From: a virus
Virus record (IMG/VR): IMGVR_UViG_3300027659_000015
Coordinates: 32,001-96,000 of that record
Reading direction: 5' to 3' (one strand)
DNA length: 64,000 nucleotides
Part shown: in pieces, positions 40,466 to 49,220 of the stretch
How positions within the stretch are numbered: position 1 is the stretch's first letter
Layout: the number at the start of each line of letters is the position of its first letter
The notes under the pieces: model-generated
Database searches by the model: none
What the model was told of the DNA's origin: nothing
The model's input: the letters and a program-made list of their open reading frames with translations, nothing else
Translations under genes and position numbers: made by a program

Positions 40466-41266
40466 ATGGCATTAACTAAAATTCTTCCATCAGGTTTAGA
40501 TTCTACACAGAACTATACCGTAAATACAATTACAGCCAACACGGTGGTGTCTAATGGTATAAACTTATTTACATTTGCTAATGCAGCATTCACCGCAGCC
40601 AATAGCGCTTCAGATTCTTGGGTAAGAAATCAAGCTAATGCTTCCTTTATACAAGCAAATGCTGCCTTTACAGCAGCCAATAACGCTTCAGATTCTTGGG
40701 TAAGAAATCAAGCTAATGCTTCCTTTATACAAGCAAATGCTGCCTTTACAGCAGCCAATAACGCTTCTGATTCTTGGGTAAGAAATCAAGCTAATGCTTC
40801 CTTTATACAAGCGAATGCAGCATTCACGGCAGCCAATAACGCTTCAGATTCTTGGGTAAGAAATCAAGCTAATGCTGCGTTTGTTCAAGCAAATGCTGCC
40901 TTTACAGCAGCCAATAATGCTGGCGGTGGTTTAAGTACACCCACAGTTACTGGTGTAACACAAGCTAATGAAGTAACAACACAAACATTTATAATCACTA
41001 ATTATAATGCAGCTTACGCATACATAATTAGTACAACTGGTGGTTCAATATCTCGAACAGCAAATACCATATATTGGACGATGCCGTCTGTTACAACAAA
41101 TACAGTACATTATATGACAACACAAAGTGTTTACACGGGCGTAACTTCTTTAGTTGGTACAAATACCGTTTTGGTTGTTAATCTAAATATAACTGACACA
41201 GCTATTGTTGTGACAGATTTCACCACCTCTTATGCAAATACGGTTTATGGATGGGTAGTACCATGA
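40466..41266 (+). CDS. Short fibre protein with four 26-aa repeats
   Basis: MALTKILPSGLD start; ANNASDSWVRNQANASFIQANAAFTA x4. Confidence 0.75.
   Translation: MALTKILPSGLDSTQNYTVNTITANTVVSNGINLFTFANAAFTAANSASDSWVRNQANASFIQANAAFTAANNASDSWVRNQANASFIQANAAFTAANNASDSWVRNQANASFIQANAAFTAANNASDSWVRNQANAAFVQANAAFTAANNAGGGLSTPTVTGVTQANEVTTQTFIITNYNAAYAYIISTTGGSISRTANTIYWTMPSVTTNTVHYMTTQSVYTGVTSLVGTNTVLVVNLNITDTAIVVTDFTTSYANTVYGWVVP
40606..40917 (+). repeat. 78-bp tandem repeat x4, near identical
   Basis: CGCTTC(A/T)GATTCTTGGGTAAGAAATCAAGCTAATGCT... starts at 40606, 40684, 40762 and 40840. Confidence 0.92.
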
Positions 41267-43887
41267 AAGCAAAAGCTAATGCAATTTTTATCAGTAGCAT
41301 TTATAATCAAGAGGTGGGTGATACCAATTGGAATGAATACCAAACAATTATTACTGCAAATAGTGTAAATGAATTAACCATAAGAACGAGTGATACAACA
41401 GCAAATAATTTATCTGTGACAAGTAATTATTCCAGTTTAGTTCCAGGTTCAAAGATTTATGTTAGTAACAATGGTACCACTTTGATTGGTGGAACTATTG
41501 GTACTATAACTACTGGAACAGTTAAATCAAACACATCAACTAAGGCAGTAGATACGACAAGAAGTGCAGTTTCAGGTAATACAATTTATAATACTGCTGC
41601 GTCAACTTATGCATCTGCAAATTTTATAAAACCTGATGGAAAATTATTCTGGATTTGTGGTGGTGATGGTGTTATAAGAGAATATAAATTAAATGTTCCT
41701 TGGAATCTTGCTTCAGGTGCATCAACTGGTAAAACAATCGGTGCATACAACGGAAATATAGGAACATCAGCTTTCTGTTTTAGTTATGATGGAAAATATT
41801 TTTTTAGAAGTACTTCGCAAGACAATAATGTAGCATCACCAGCGGCTGAATGTATAGCTAGATTTACTTTAATTACACCATGGGATATTTCAACATTAGG
41901 TACCAACGTTCAATCTAGAGTAATGATGTCTGGTAGTGGCGGCAATGGTTACCAATACAGTAGAAGTATGAGAATTTCTAGAGATGGAAAAACAATATTG
42001 ACATGGTCTTATGATGGAACCACTGCCGGTTCTAAGAACGTACTAGCTGTACCATTTGATATAACGAGTTATGTATCAGCTTCAAGTTATACATACTCTC
42101 CTACCGGTGTTTCTGGTCCTGCGAGTTACGAGGTTTCAGAAGATGGAAAAATTTGGTATAGTTGGACAGGTGTTAATGGTGCCTATGCAGCCATTCTGTA
42201 TCAAGGATCTTTTTCGTCTCCTTGGGAACTCAACACAATGGCGGTTGCTAAAACAATTTCTTTAAGTTTCCCATCCGGAGCCTATGGCGATCTGAAAAGT
42301 ACTTACGGGCCAGTAGGTATTATGAGTGCAGACGGAAAAACAACTGGTGTGATTCTACCAACAGCGACACCCAGTTCAGTTGGAATCGTAACATTTAACC
42401 TAGACACTCAAGGCGGTGACGCTGCACAAAGTTACAATATTGATGTTACTAGTTTTGGTATGACTGCTGCAGCAAATAGAGCATGGTTATCAGAACCAAG
42501 TGTTTATGTTGCAGCAACAAGAAGTGCAAATACCGCAAGAACTTGGTCATATCAAATAGAATTAGATACAGATACAGCAGCAAACACCACAACAGCAGTT
42601 GTAGGTATAGATGGAACAGGTGTGTTGGCTGCCAATGACACTGTTTTATTAAATGGATCAACTTCAGTAACATTGACTTCTGTTGTTGAAACAGCAAATG
42701 GTTTACCTTGGAAAGATCCAGCTGGATCGACCGATTACATTAAATATTTCGGAAAAAATTATCAAACATTAAATTCCACCTCTATTACAGATTACACTCT
42801 TGTGGCAAACATGCACATGAGATTTTCCAATAATGGTAGTTATTTTTACATTATTGGAGATTCTACTGCTGTTTATGGAACAGGTGTTTATCAGTATGTG
42901 ATGACAAGTCCGTGGGATGTTAGTACAGCAAAATTTTTAAATTTTTGTCCAATAGGAAAATGGAATGCTGGATCTTCTAATGGGTATTATAATGGTAGTT
43001 ACCCTTTGATTACTGGATTTGATATTGATCCTAATGGCAATAGATTTTTTATTTTCTGGGGCACAGCGTATGCAAACACTCGGGCATATCAATATAATTT
43101 ATCGAAACCACATGATTTAAATTCTATATCATCAGTTAATGGTCCTTATACATATGTACCTGCAGATGTTGGTGTGTCAACCAGGAGAATTGCGGGAACC
43201 AGGTTTAATAAAACAGGTACACAAATTCTCGCAATAAACACTGCATCCTCAGGTGGACCGAGTTACAGTCAGGTTTTAACATTAGGTACTCCATGGGATA
43301 TTTCATCAGTAACAAATTGGACTCCAGTAACCACATTGACAGGCACGGCAACTGGAATGCCATGGATTGATAGTTGTTTCACACCGAACGGAGATAATTT
43401 GTTATGTTTGGGACAAAGTTATACAGATTCATATTTAACTATGCAACCAACCACAACAGCAAACAATTCTTGGACTGGTTGGATTTGGAATACAAAATCT
43501 ACATCTGCAGCCAACGTTGCGGCTTATCCAGCCGGTTCTATTAGTGCAACAGGTCAATCCAGAAGTATAGATATATCTCCAGATGGAACAAATTTGTATA
43601 TTTTATTAGCCAGTGGTGCAATATACCAATTTGGTACAAGATTAAAACCATTAACTAAATATGTTATAACATATCCAACTCAAGCATCAGCACCGACAAG
43701 TGTTTATTTGCCTGATCCTAGTGTGTTACAAACATTTACTCCATCATTAGATAGTGCAAATAGCACATTAAATTTCAGTAGTTCATTTGTTTCTGCCAAC
43801 TCTCGAGCAATACAATTTAAAATTAATAATGCTCCAGTAGATACTGAAGTTACTCAAGTAAGAATTAACCTAAACAAGTCACAATAA
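41263..43887 (+). CDS. Putative receptor-binding protein with two beta-propeller-like regions (PWD(I/L/V)S repeats)
   Basis: Start at 41263 preferred over 41251 because of the ATGA overlap with the upstream stop; repeats PWNLAS, PWDIST, PFDITS, PWELNT, PWDVST, PHDLNS, PWDISS with xSxDG/PDG turns. Confidence 0.7.
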   Translation: MKAKANAIFISSIYNQEVGDTNWNEYQTIITANSVNELTIRTSDTTANNLSVTSNYSSLVPGSKIYVSNNGTTLIGGTIGTITTGTVKSNTSTKAVDTTRSAVSGNTIYNTAASTYASANFIKPDGKLFWICGGDGVIREYKLNVPWNLASGASTGKTIGAYNGNIGTSAFCFSYDGKYFFRSTSQDNNVASPAAECIARFTLITPWDISTLGTNVQSRVMMSGSGGNGYQYSRSMRISRDGKTILTWSYDGTTAGSKNVLAVPFDITSYVSASSYTYSPTGVSGPASYEVSEDGKIWYSWTGVNGAYAAILYQGSFSSPWELNTMAVAKTISLSFPSGAYGDLKSTYGPVGIMSADGKTTGVILPTATPSSVGIVTFNLDTQGGDAAQSYNIDVTSFGMTAAANRAWLSEPSVYVAATRSANTARTWSYQIELDTDTAANTTTAVVGIDGTGVLAANDTVLLNGSTSVTLTSVVETANGLPWKDPAGSTDYIKYFGKNYQTLNSTSITDYTLVANMHMRFSNNGSYFYIIGDSTAVYGTGVYQYVMTSPWDVSTAKFLNFCPIGKWNAGSSNGYYNGSYPLITGFDIDPNGNRFFIFWGTAYANTRAYQYNLSKPHDLNSISSVNGPYTYVPADVGVSTRRIAGTRFNKTGTQILAINTASSGGPSYSQVLTLGTPWDISSVTNWTPVTTLTGTATGMPWIDSCFTPNGDNLLCLGQSYTDSYLTMQPTTTANNSWTGWIWNTKSTSAANVAAYPAGSISATGQSRSIDISPDGTNLYILLASGAIYQFGTRLKPLTKYVITYPTQASAPTSVYLPDPSVLQTFTPSLDSANSTLNFSSSFVSANSRAIQFKINNAPVDTEVTQVRINLNKSQ

Positions 43888-44267
43888 TGTTAACAAGTAA
43901 AACTGTTGAAATACAACCTCAGATGTTTAAGAAGGTTTATACTTTCTATGATGATATCATTCAAGGTTATAAAGCTCAAAAAACCGAAACGATAAACAAT
44001 TCTACCATAGAATTTAATGGTTGGGTATTTGATTCTGATGAAAAAAGTATAGGTAGAATGTCTAGATATCTACAGATATCCACTATCACAATGTTGAAAG
44101 ACCAATCAAATGGTATGACAACAAGTGATGCTTGGCAAAAAAATTACGTTGATAACAAAATTCAATGGAAATTAAATGACAATAACATACAAGAAATTAG
44201 TGTTGAACAATTATTTGAAGTTTATACTATGTGTGTTCATAACATGTCCAACAACTGGTTAAAATAA
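43887..44267 (+). CDS. Putative tail-fibre assembly chaperone (DUF4376-like)
   Basis: TAATG coupling; IEFNGWVFDSDEKSIGRM...IQWKLNDNN...ISVEQL pattern; follows a fibre tip gene. Confidence 0.6.
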   Translation: MLTSKTVEIQPQMFKKVYTFYDDIIQGYKAQKTETINNSTIEFNGWVFDSDEKSIGRMSRYLQISTITMLKDQSNGMTTSDAWQKNYVDNKIQWKLNDNNIQEISVEQLFEVYTMCVHNMSNNWLK

Positions 44268-44280
44268 TAGGTAACAAAAC

Positions 44281-44385
44281 ATGGCTTTTCCATCAAGTCC
44301 AGTAGACGGACAAACGTATTCACAATTTGAAAGAAACTATACCTATCCAATAATATTGTACCACACAACACTAAATACCTGGTAA
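44281..44385 (+). pseudogene. Truncated remnant of a fibre gene (34 codons)
   Basis: Not in the ORF track. Translates MAFPSSPVDGQTYSQFERNYTY then runs into the gp13 promoter/RBS region and stops; AGGT SD upstream; FPSSPxxGQxY is a common phage fibre N-terminus. Confidence 0.6.
44371..44377 (+). promoter_or_regulatory. Late promoter CTAAATA for gp13
   Basis: TAAATA core 23 nt upstream of the ATG, followed by AAGGAG SD. Confidence 0.7.
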
Positions 44386-44400
44386 TAAGGAGATTTAGTA

Positions 44401-45174
44401 ATGGCAGTAACAACAACTAGAGCCAGTTTCAAAGATTATTGTCTCAGACGTTTAGGTTTTCCCGTAATAGAAATTAACGTTGATGATGACCAAATAGAGG
44501 ATCGTATTGACGATGCTTTATTGTATTATCAAGATTACCATTTTGATGGCCTACAAAAAATCTATTACATCAAGGCAATAGACCAAACAGACATTAACAA
44601 CAAGTATCTTAGCCTATCTCAGGCCAGAGATTCAGCTAACAATATATTAGATATTGCTGGTATAACTCGTATCTTTCCAGTTAGTGATTCACAATCATCA
44701 GTCAATATGTTTGACCTAAGATACCAATTACGTTTGAATGAGTTGTATGACTTCACATCAGCATCCTACATCAACTACACCTTAACACAACAACACCTAC
44801 GTTCACTTGAATTGATGTTCACAGGTGAAGTTCCAATTCGTTTCCAACGACATATGCAAAGGCTCTACATTGATTGGGCATGGGGTGCATCACAAGCACC
44901 AGTTGGTACTAAAGTAATTGCCGAATGTTATGCCGTTATTAATCCAGAAGTTTATGGTCGTGTATATAATGACCGATGGTTAAAAGAATATGCAACGACA
45001 TTAATCAAAATTCAATGGGGCGCCAATCTTAAAAAGTTTGCTGGTATTCAATTGCCAGGTGGTGTATCACTAAATGGTAATGTAATCTTTGATGAAGCCA
45101 TGAAAGAGAAAGACCGTTTAGAACAAGACATGATTACAAACTATGGTGGCCCACTAGAAATGTTTATGAACTAA
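44401..45174 (+). CDS. gp13: Neck protein gp13
   Basis: YCLRRLGFPVIEINVDDDQIEDRIDDAL...YHFDG, WLKEYAT.LIK.QWG.NL.KF.G.QLPGGV.LNG. Confidence 0.93.
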   Translation: MAVTTTRASFKDYCLRRLGFPVIEINVDDDQIEDRIDDALLYYQDYHFDGLQKIYYIKAIDQTDINNKYLSLSQARDSANNILDIAGITRIFPVSDSQSSVNMFDLRYQLRLNELYDFTSASYINYTLTQQHLRSLELMFTGEVPIRFQRHMQRLYIDWAWGASQAPVGTKVIAECYAVINPEVYGRVYNDRWLKEYATTLIKIQWGANLKKFAGIQLPGGVSLNGNVIFDEAMKEKDRLEQDMITNYGGPLEMFMN

Positions 45175-45175
45175 C

Positions 45176-46051
45176 ATGGCAACATCAGTCTATTTTAATA
45201 ACTACAACTCACATGCTGAGCAAAGAGTTGTAGAAGACCTCATCGTTGAATCTATAAAGATTATGGGTTTCGATGCATACTATTGTCCTATCTTTAATCC
45301 GGATGATAGAGACATTCTATACGGTGAGGATCCTGTTAAGAAGTTTAAGTCTGCATTTCCGATTGAATTCTATCTTTCTGATGCCATGGATTATTCTGGT
45401 GAAAGAGAATTCTTTTCTAAGTTTGGCCTTGAGATTAAAAACAACGCTAATGTTATTCTATCCAAGCGTTCATTCTCACAACGAGTACCACAAGATTTAT
45501 TTACCAGGCCACGTGAAGGTGATTTGGTCTATGTACCATTCTTAAATGGTAGAGGTGAACTTTTTGAAATTAAGTTTGTGAATCAAAATAAAGATTTCTT
45601 TACTTTAGGCCGTAAGATTCCATTCTTCTATGAATTGGAACTTGAGAAATTCAAATACTCACAAGAAGTTATTGATACGGGTATCGCTGATATTGATGAT
45701 GCAGCCACACAATCTAGTTACACATTAGATTTGAATATGTCTGGTGGTACAGGAGTTTATCAATCAAAAGAAATTGTATATCAATCACCAGACACCACAA
45801 AAGCCAATGCTACTGTTGTTGCTATTGCACAATCTTGGTCAGCAAATACATTAAGTGTTACAAATATTGCTGGTGAATTTATTACTGGTCAAAGAATAAT
45901 TGGTGCCACAAGTAATGCTCGATTTACGCTATCGACATTCAATACATTAAAAGATTCTACGAGAAACGAAACATACGACAATATGTATATTGAAAATCAA
46001 GCAAACAATATTGTTGATTTTGCTGAAAATAATCCTTTTGGAAAAATATAA
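45176..46051 (+). CDS. gp14: Neck protein gp14
   Basis: EDLIVESIKIMG, FFSKFGLEIK, RPREGDLVY, DFAENNPFG. Confidence 0.92.
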   Translation: MATSVYFNNYNSHAEQRVVEDLIVESIKIMGFDAYYCPIFNPDDRDILYGEDPVKKFKSAFPIEFYLSDAMDYSGEREFFSKFGLEIKNNANVILSKRSFSQRVPQDLFTRPREGDLVYVPFLNGRGELFEIKFVNQNKDFFTLGRKIPFFYELELEKFKYSQEVIDTGIADIDDAATQSSYTLDLNMSGGTGVYQSKEIVYQSPDTTKANATVVAIAQSWSANTLSVTNIAGEFITGQRIIGATSNARFTLSTFNTLKDSTRNETYDNMYIENQANNIVDFAENNPFGKI

Positions 46052-47037
46052 TGGCTACACCACAATACAATCGTGTCATTCGTAAAATAGTTGTTGGATT
46101 TGGTAATCTATTTAATGAGATTACTTTAGTTAGATTTAATCCAGATTCAACTGAAGCCGAACGTTTTATTATACCAATTGCTTATTCATCCAAAGAACGT
46201 TATGTTATGAGGTTAGAGGATGATTTAAGTTTAGATAAAAAAGTTCAAGTTACTTTGCCACGTTTGTCATTTGAGATGACCGGATTATCTTATGATGCAT
46301 CCAGAAAACAAAATACAAACATTAAAAACTTTGCGCAAACTTCAGCTGGCGTTGTGGCTCAATACAATCCTGTACCTTACAATTTTGATTTTTCTTTATA
46401 CTTGTATGTGAGGAATATTGAAGATGCAACACAAGTAATAGAACATATATTACCGTATTTTACACCAGATTATACCATCAAACTCAATTTAATTCCTGAA
46501 ATGGGAATCACCAAAGAAATTCCTGTAATATTAAATTCAACACAACAAGAAATTGTTTATGAAGGTAACAGAGACCAAGAAACAAGAATGATTATTTGGA
46601 CTCTTAACTTTACAGTCAAAGGTTTTATATTTGGTAAATCTTCTACATCTGGTATAATTAAAACTTCTATCACTAATATATTGAATGATATTGGACCAGA
46701 TGATATTGTTGAATTTAATATGGCTAATCCAGGTATTGGAACATATCAAATAGGTGAAATTGTATACCAAGGATATACACCTACAAATGCTATTGCAACA
46801 GGAAAAGTTCTTTCTTGGAAAAATAATATATTAAAGCTAACAAATGTTAACGGTAACTTTGTTTCTTCACAACCAATTTATGGTGTAAATAACAACGCTA
46901 GTTATACATTCAATACATACAATAGAGGTGGTGTTATATCAAATACTATGGTTACAATTACAACAACACCATCACCTAATACAGCTAATGCTAATAGTTT
47001 GTATACATATGCAACCACTATAGTTGAAAAAGTTTAA
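46051..47037 (+). CDS. gp15: Tail sheath stabiliser/terminator gp15 with C-terminal extension
   Basis: IRKIVVGFGNLFN, LPRLSFEMTGLSYD..RK, PVPYNFDF.L, QVIEHILPYFTP, IWTLNFTVKG. Confidence 0.92.
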   Translation: MATPQYNRVIRKIVVGFGNLFNEITLVRFNPDSTEAERFIIPIAYSSKERYVMRLEDDLSLDKKVQVTLPRLSFEMTGLSYDASRKQNTNIKNFAQTSAGVVAQYNPVPYNFDFSLYLYVRNIEDATQVIEHILPYFTPDYTIKLNLIPEMGITKEIPVILNSTQQEIVYEGNRDQETRMIIWTLNFTVKGFIFGKSSTSGIIKTSITNILNDIGPDDIVEFNMANPGIGTYQIGEIVYQGYTPTNAIATGKVLSWKNNILKLTNVNGNFVSSQPIYGVNNNASYTFNTYNRGGVISNTMVTITTTPSPNTANANSLYTYATTIVEKV

Positions 47038-47049
47038 AGCAAAGAAATT

Positions 47050-47463
47050 ATGAATACATTTGATAAGAACATGGAAAAAATCTTTGATGTAACTCCCGTA
47101 GAGGAAGAAAAGAAATCTTTAGTACCAGTTACAAAAGAACCAATTGATAGTATCGACCTTAAAACAGATTTGGTCGATGCTTACGAACAATCTAAAAGTA
47201 ATCTACAAGATTTAATTGACAACGGCAAAGATGCAATGGAAGAATTGCGTCAGATTGCCAGCGCAGGACAACACCCACGAGCATTTGAAGTATACGCCAC
47301 ATTATTAAAAAATGTAGTAGAAGCAAATGACCGGTTATTAAAAACACAAAAAGAAATGCGTGAAATGGATGGTAAAAAAAGAGAAGCTGATACAAAAATC
47401 AATAATGCTCTCTTTGTTGGATCAACGGCTGAGTTGAATAGGTTCCTCAAAGGTAAAGAATGA
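47050..47463 (+). CDS. gp16: Terminase small subunit gp16
   Basis: HPRAFEVYATL and NNALFVGSTAEL motifs; directly upstream of gp17. Confidence 0.92.
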   Translation: MNTFDKNMEKIFDVTPVEEEKKSLVPVTKEPIDSIDLKTDLVDAYEQSKSNLQDLIDNGKDAMEELRQIASAGQHPRAFEVYATLLKNVVEANDRLLKTQKEMREMDGKKREADTKINNALFVGSTAELNRFLKGKE

Positions 47464-49151
47464 ATGTTGATTTAAAATTTGGTGAAGCCTACAGAGACAA
47501 TCCTTTACTTAAAAAGGCAGGCGTTAAGGTAGAGTATACACAAGAACAAGTTGACGAATATATTAAGTGTTCTAAAGACCCAATCTATTTTGCCAAGAAC
47601 TACATTAAGATTGTGAACGTAGATGAAGGTTTAATCAACTTTAATATGTGGCCATTTCAAGAAAAAATGCTTGAATTGTTTGTCAGAGACAGATTTGTTA
47701 TCACCAAATGTCCTCGACAGGTAGGTAAAACAACTACAACTGTGGCATATATGTTGTGGGCAACCATCTTTACTGACACACAGAATTGTGCTGTACTTGC
47801 CAATAAAGGTTCATTAGCAAGAGATATTTTATCCAAGTATCAACTTGCTTATGAAAACTTACCAATGTGGTTACAACAAGGCGTTCTTACATGGAACAAA
47901 GGTAACGTAGAACTTGAAAATGGTTCTAAGATTATTGCTGCTTCTACATCATCATCTGCCATTCGAGGCGGTTCATTTAACATTGTGTTCTTAGACGAAT
48001 TCGCTTTCGTTCCAAACAATATTGCTGAAGAATTCTTTAACTCTGTTTACCCTGTAATTTCATCAGGTAAAAAGACCAAGATTATTATTGTGTCTACACC
48101 GAACGGCATGAATCTATTCTACAAGTTGTGGATGGATTCATTAAACAAGAAAAATAACTATACCAATTTTGAAATTCATTGGTCAATGGTACCAGGTCGT
48201 GACGAGAAGTGGAAAGAAGAAACAATACGTAACACTTCTGAAAGGCAATTTAGTCAAGAGTTTGAAACTGAGTTCTTAGGTTCAACCAACACCTTGATTT
48301 CTGGTTACAAATTACAACAGATAGCTTATAAAGATCCTATTGCCAACCACGACCTACTGAAAATCTATGAACATCCAGTCAAAGAAGGTGTCGATGAATC
48401 TAAATCTGACCACCTATATTGTATCTGTGTAGACGTATCAGAAGGTAAGAATCTAGATAGTTCAGCGTTCTCGGTAATTGATATATCTCAGACACCATAT
48501 AGACAAGTGGCAACTTATAAGAGTTCATCAATCACACCCATATTATTTCCAACAGTTATCTACAATACAGCCAGATACTACAACGATGCCTATGTATTAG
48601 TGGAGATTAACAATAATCCACAAGTGGCAGACTCATTACACCAAGATTTTGAATATGAAAATCTGTGGAAAATATTTACAGGTAACAAGAAACCACAACA
48701 ACTATCTGCTGGTTTCGCACGTGGTATTCAAATGGGACTGAAGATGTCAGTTCAGGTCAAGGCAATTGGTTGTTCCAACCTTAAAACTTTGATTGAAGGT
48801 GATAAATTATTGATTAATGATTTTGATACTTACTCAGAATTGACCACCTTTGTTCAGCAAAAGAATACATTCAAGGCTGAAGAAGGTGCTAATGATGATA
48901 CAGTTATGCCTTTAGTTATGTTTTCATGGTTAACAACTCAACAATATTTTAAAGAGATTGTTAACCACGACATCCGAAAACAAATTCAGTTGGAAAATAT
49001 GAATCAAATAGACGATGATGTATTACCAGCACCCATAATTGAAGATGGATTAGAACATGACTTTGAAATATGGGGTGGTGATTTATGGGAAAAACCAGAA
49101 GGTGGTGATACTTATGCAAACTTTACAAAAAAGATGCTTTCAAGGATGTAA
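47460..49151 (+). CDS. gp17: Terminase large subunit gp17
   Basis: Walker A PRQVGKTT, Walker B IVFLDEFAF, STPNG coupling motif, QEFETEFLG, nuclease DVSEG...D; no intein seen. Confidence 0.97.
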   Translation: MNVDLKFGEAYRDNPLLKKAGVKVEYTQEQVDEYIKCSKDPIYFAKNYIKIVNVDEGLINFNMWPFQEKMLELFVRDRFVITKCPRQVGKTTTTVAYMLWATIFTDTQNCAVLANKGSLARDILSKYQLAYENLPMWLQQGVLTWNKGNVELENGSKIIAASTSSSAIRGGSFNIVFLDEFAFVPNNIAEEFFNSVYPVISSGKKTKIIIVSTPNGMNLFYKLWMDSLNKKNNYTNFEIHWSMVPGRDEKWKEETIRNTSERQFSQEFETEFLGSTNTLISGYKLQQIAYKDPIANHDLLKIYEHPVKEGVDESKSDHLYCICVDVSEGKNLDSSAFSVIDISQTPYRQVATYKSSSITPILFPTVIYNTARYYNDAYVLVEINNNPQVADSLHQDFEYENLWKIFTGNKKPQQLSAGFARGIQMGLKMSVQVKAIGCSNLKTLIEGDKLLINDFDTYSELTTFVQQKNTFKAEEGANDDTVMPLVMFSWLTTQQYFKEIVNHDIRKQIQLENMNQIDDDVLPAPIIEDGLEHDFEIWGGDLWEKPEGGDTYANFTKKMLSRM

Positions 49152-49162
49152 ATCCGGCGTTT

Positions 49163-49170
49163 CATAAATA
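49163..49170 (+). promoter_or_regulatory. Late promoter CATAAATA for gp18
   Basis: Intergenic TAAATA core, followed by AAGGAG SD. Confidence 0.75.
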
Positions 49171-49220
49171 TCCAATATGGTATAACTGCCAAACAAACAT
49201 AATAATTCAAGGAGAATAAA

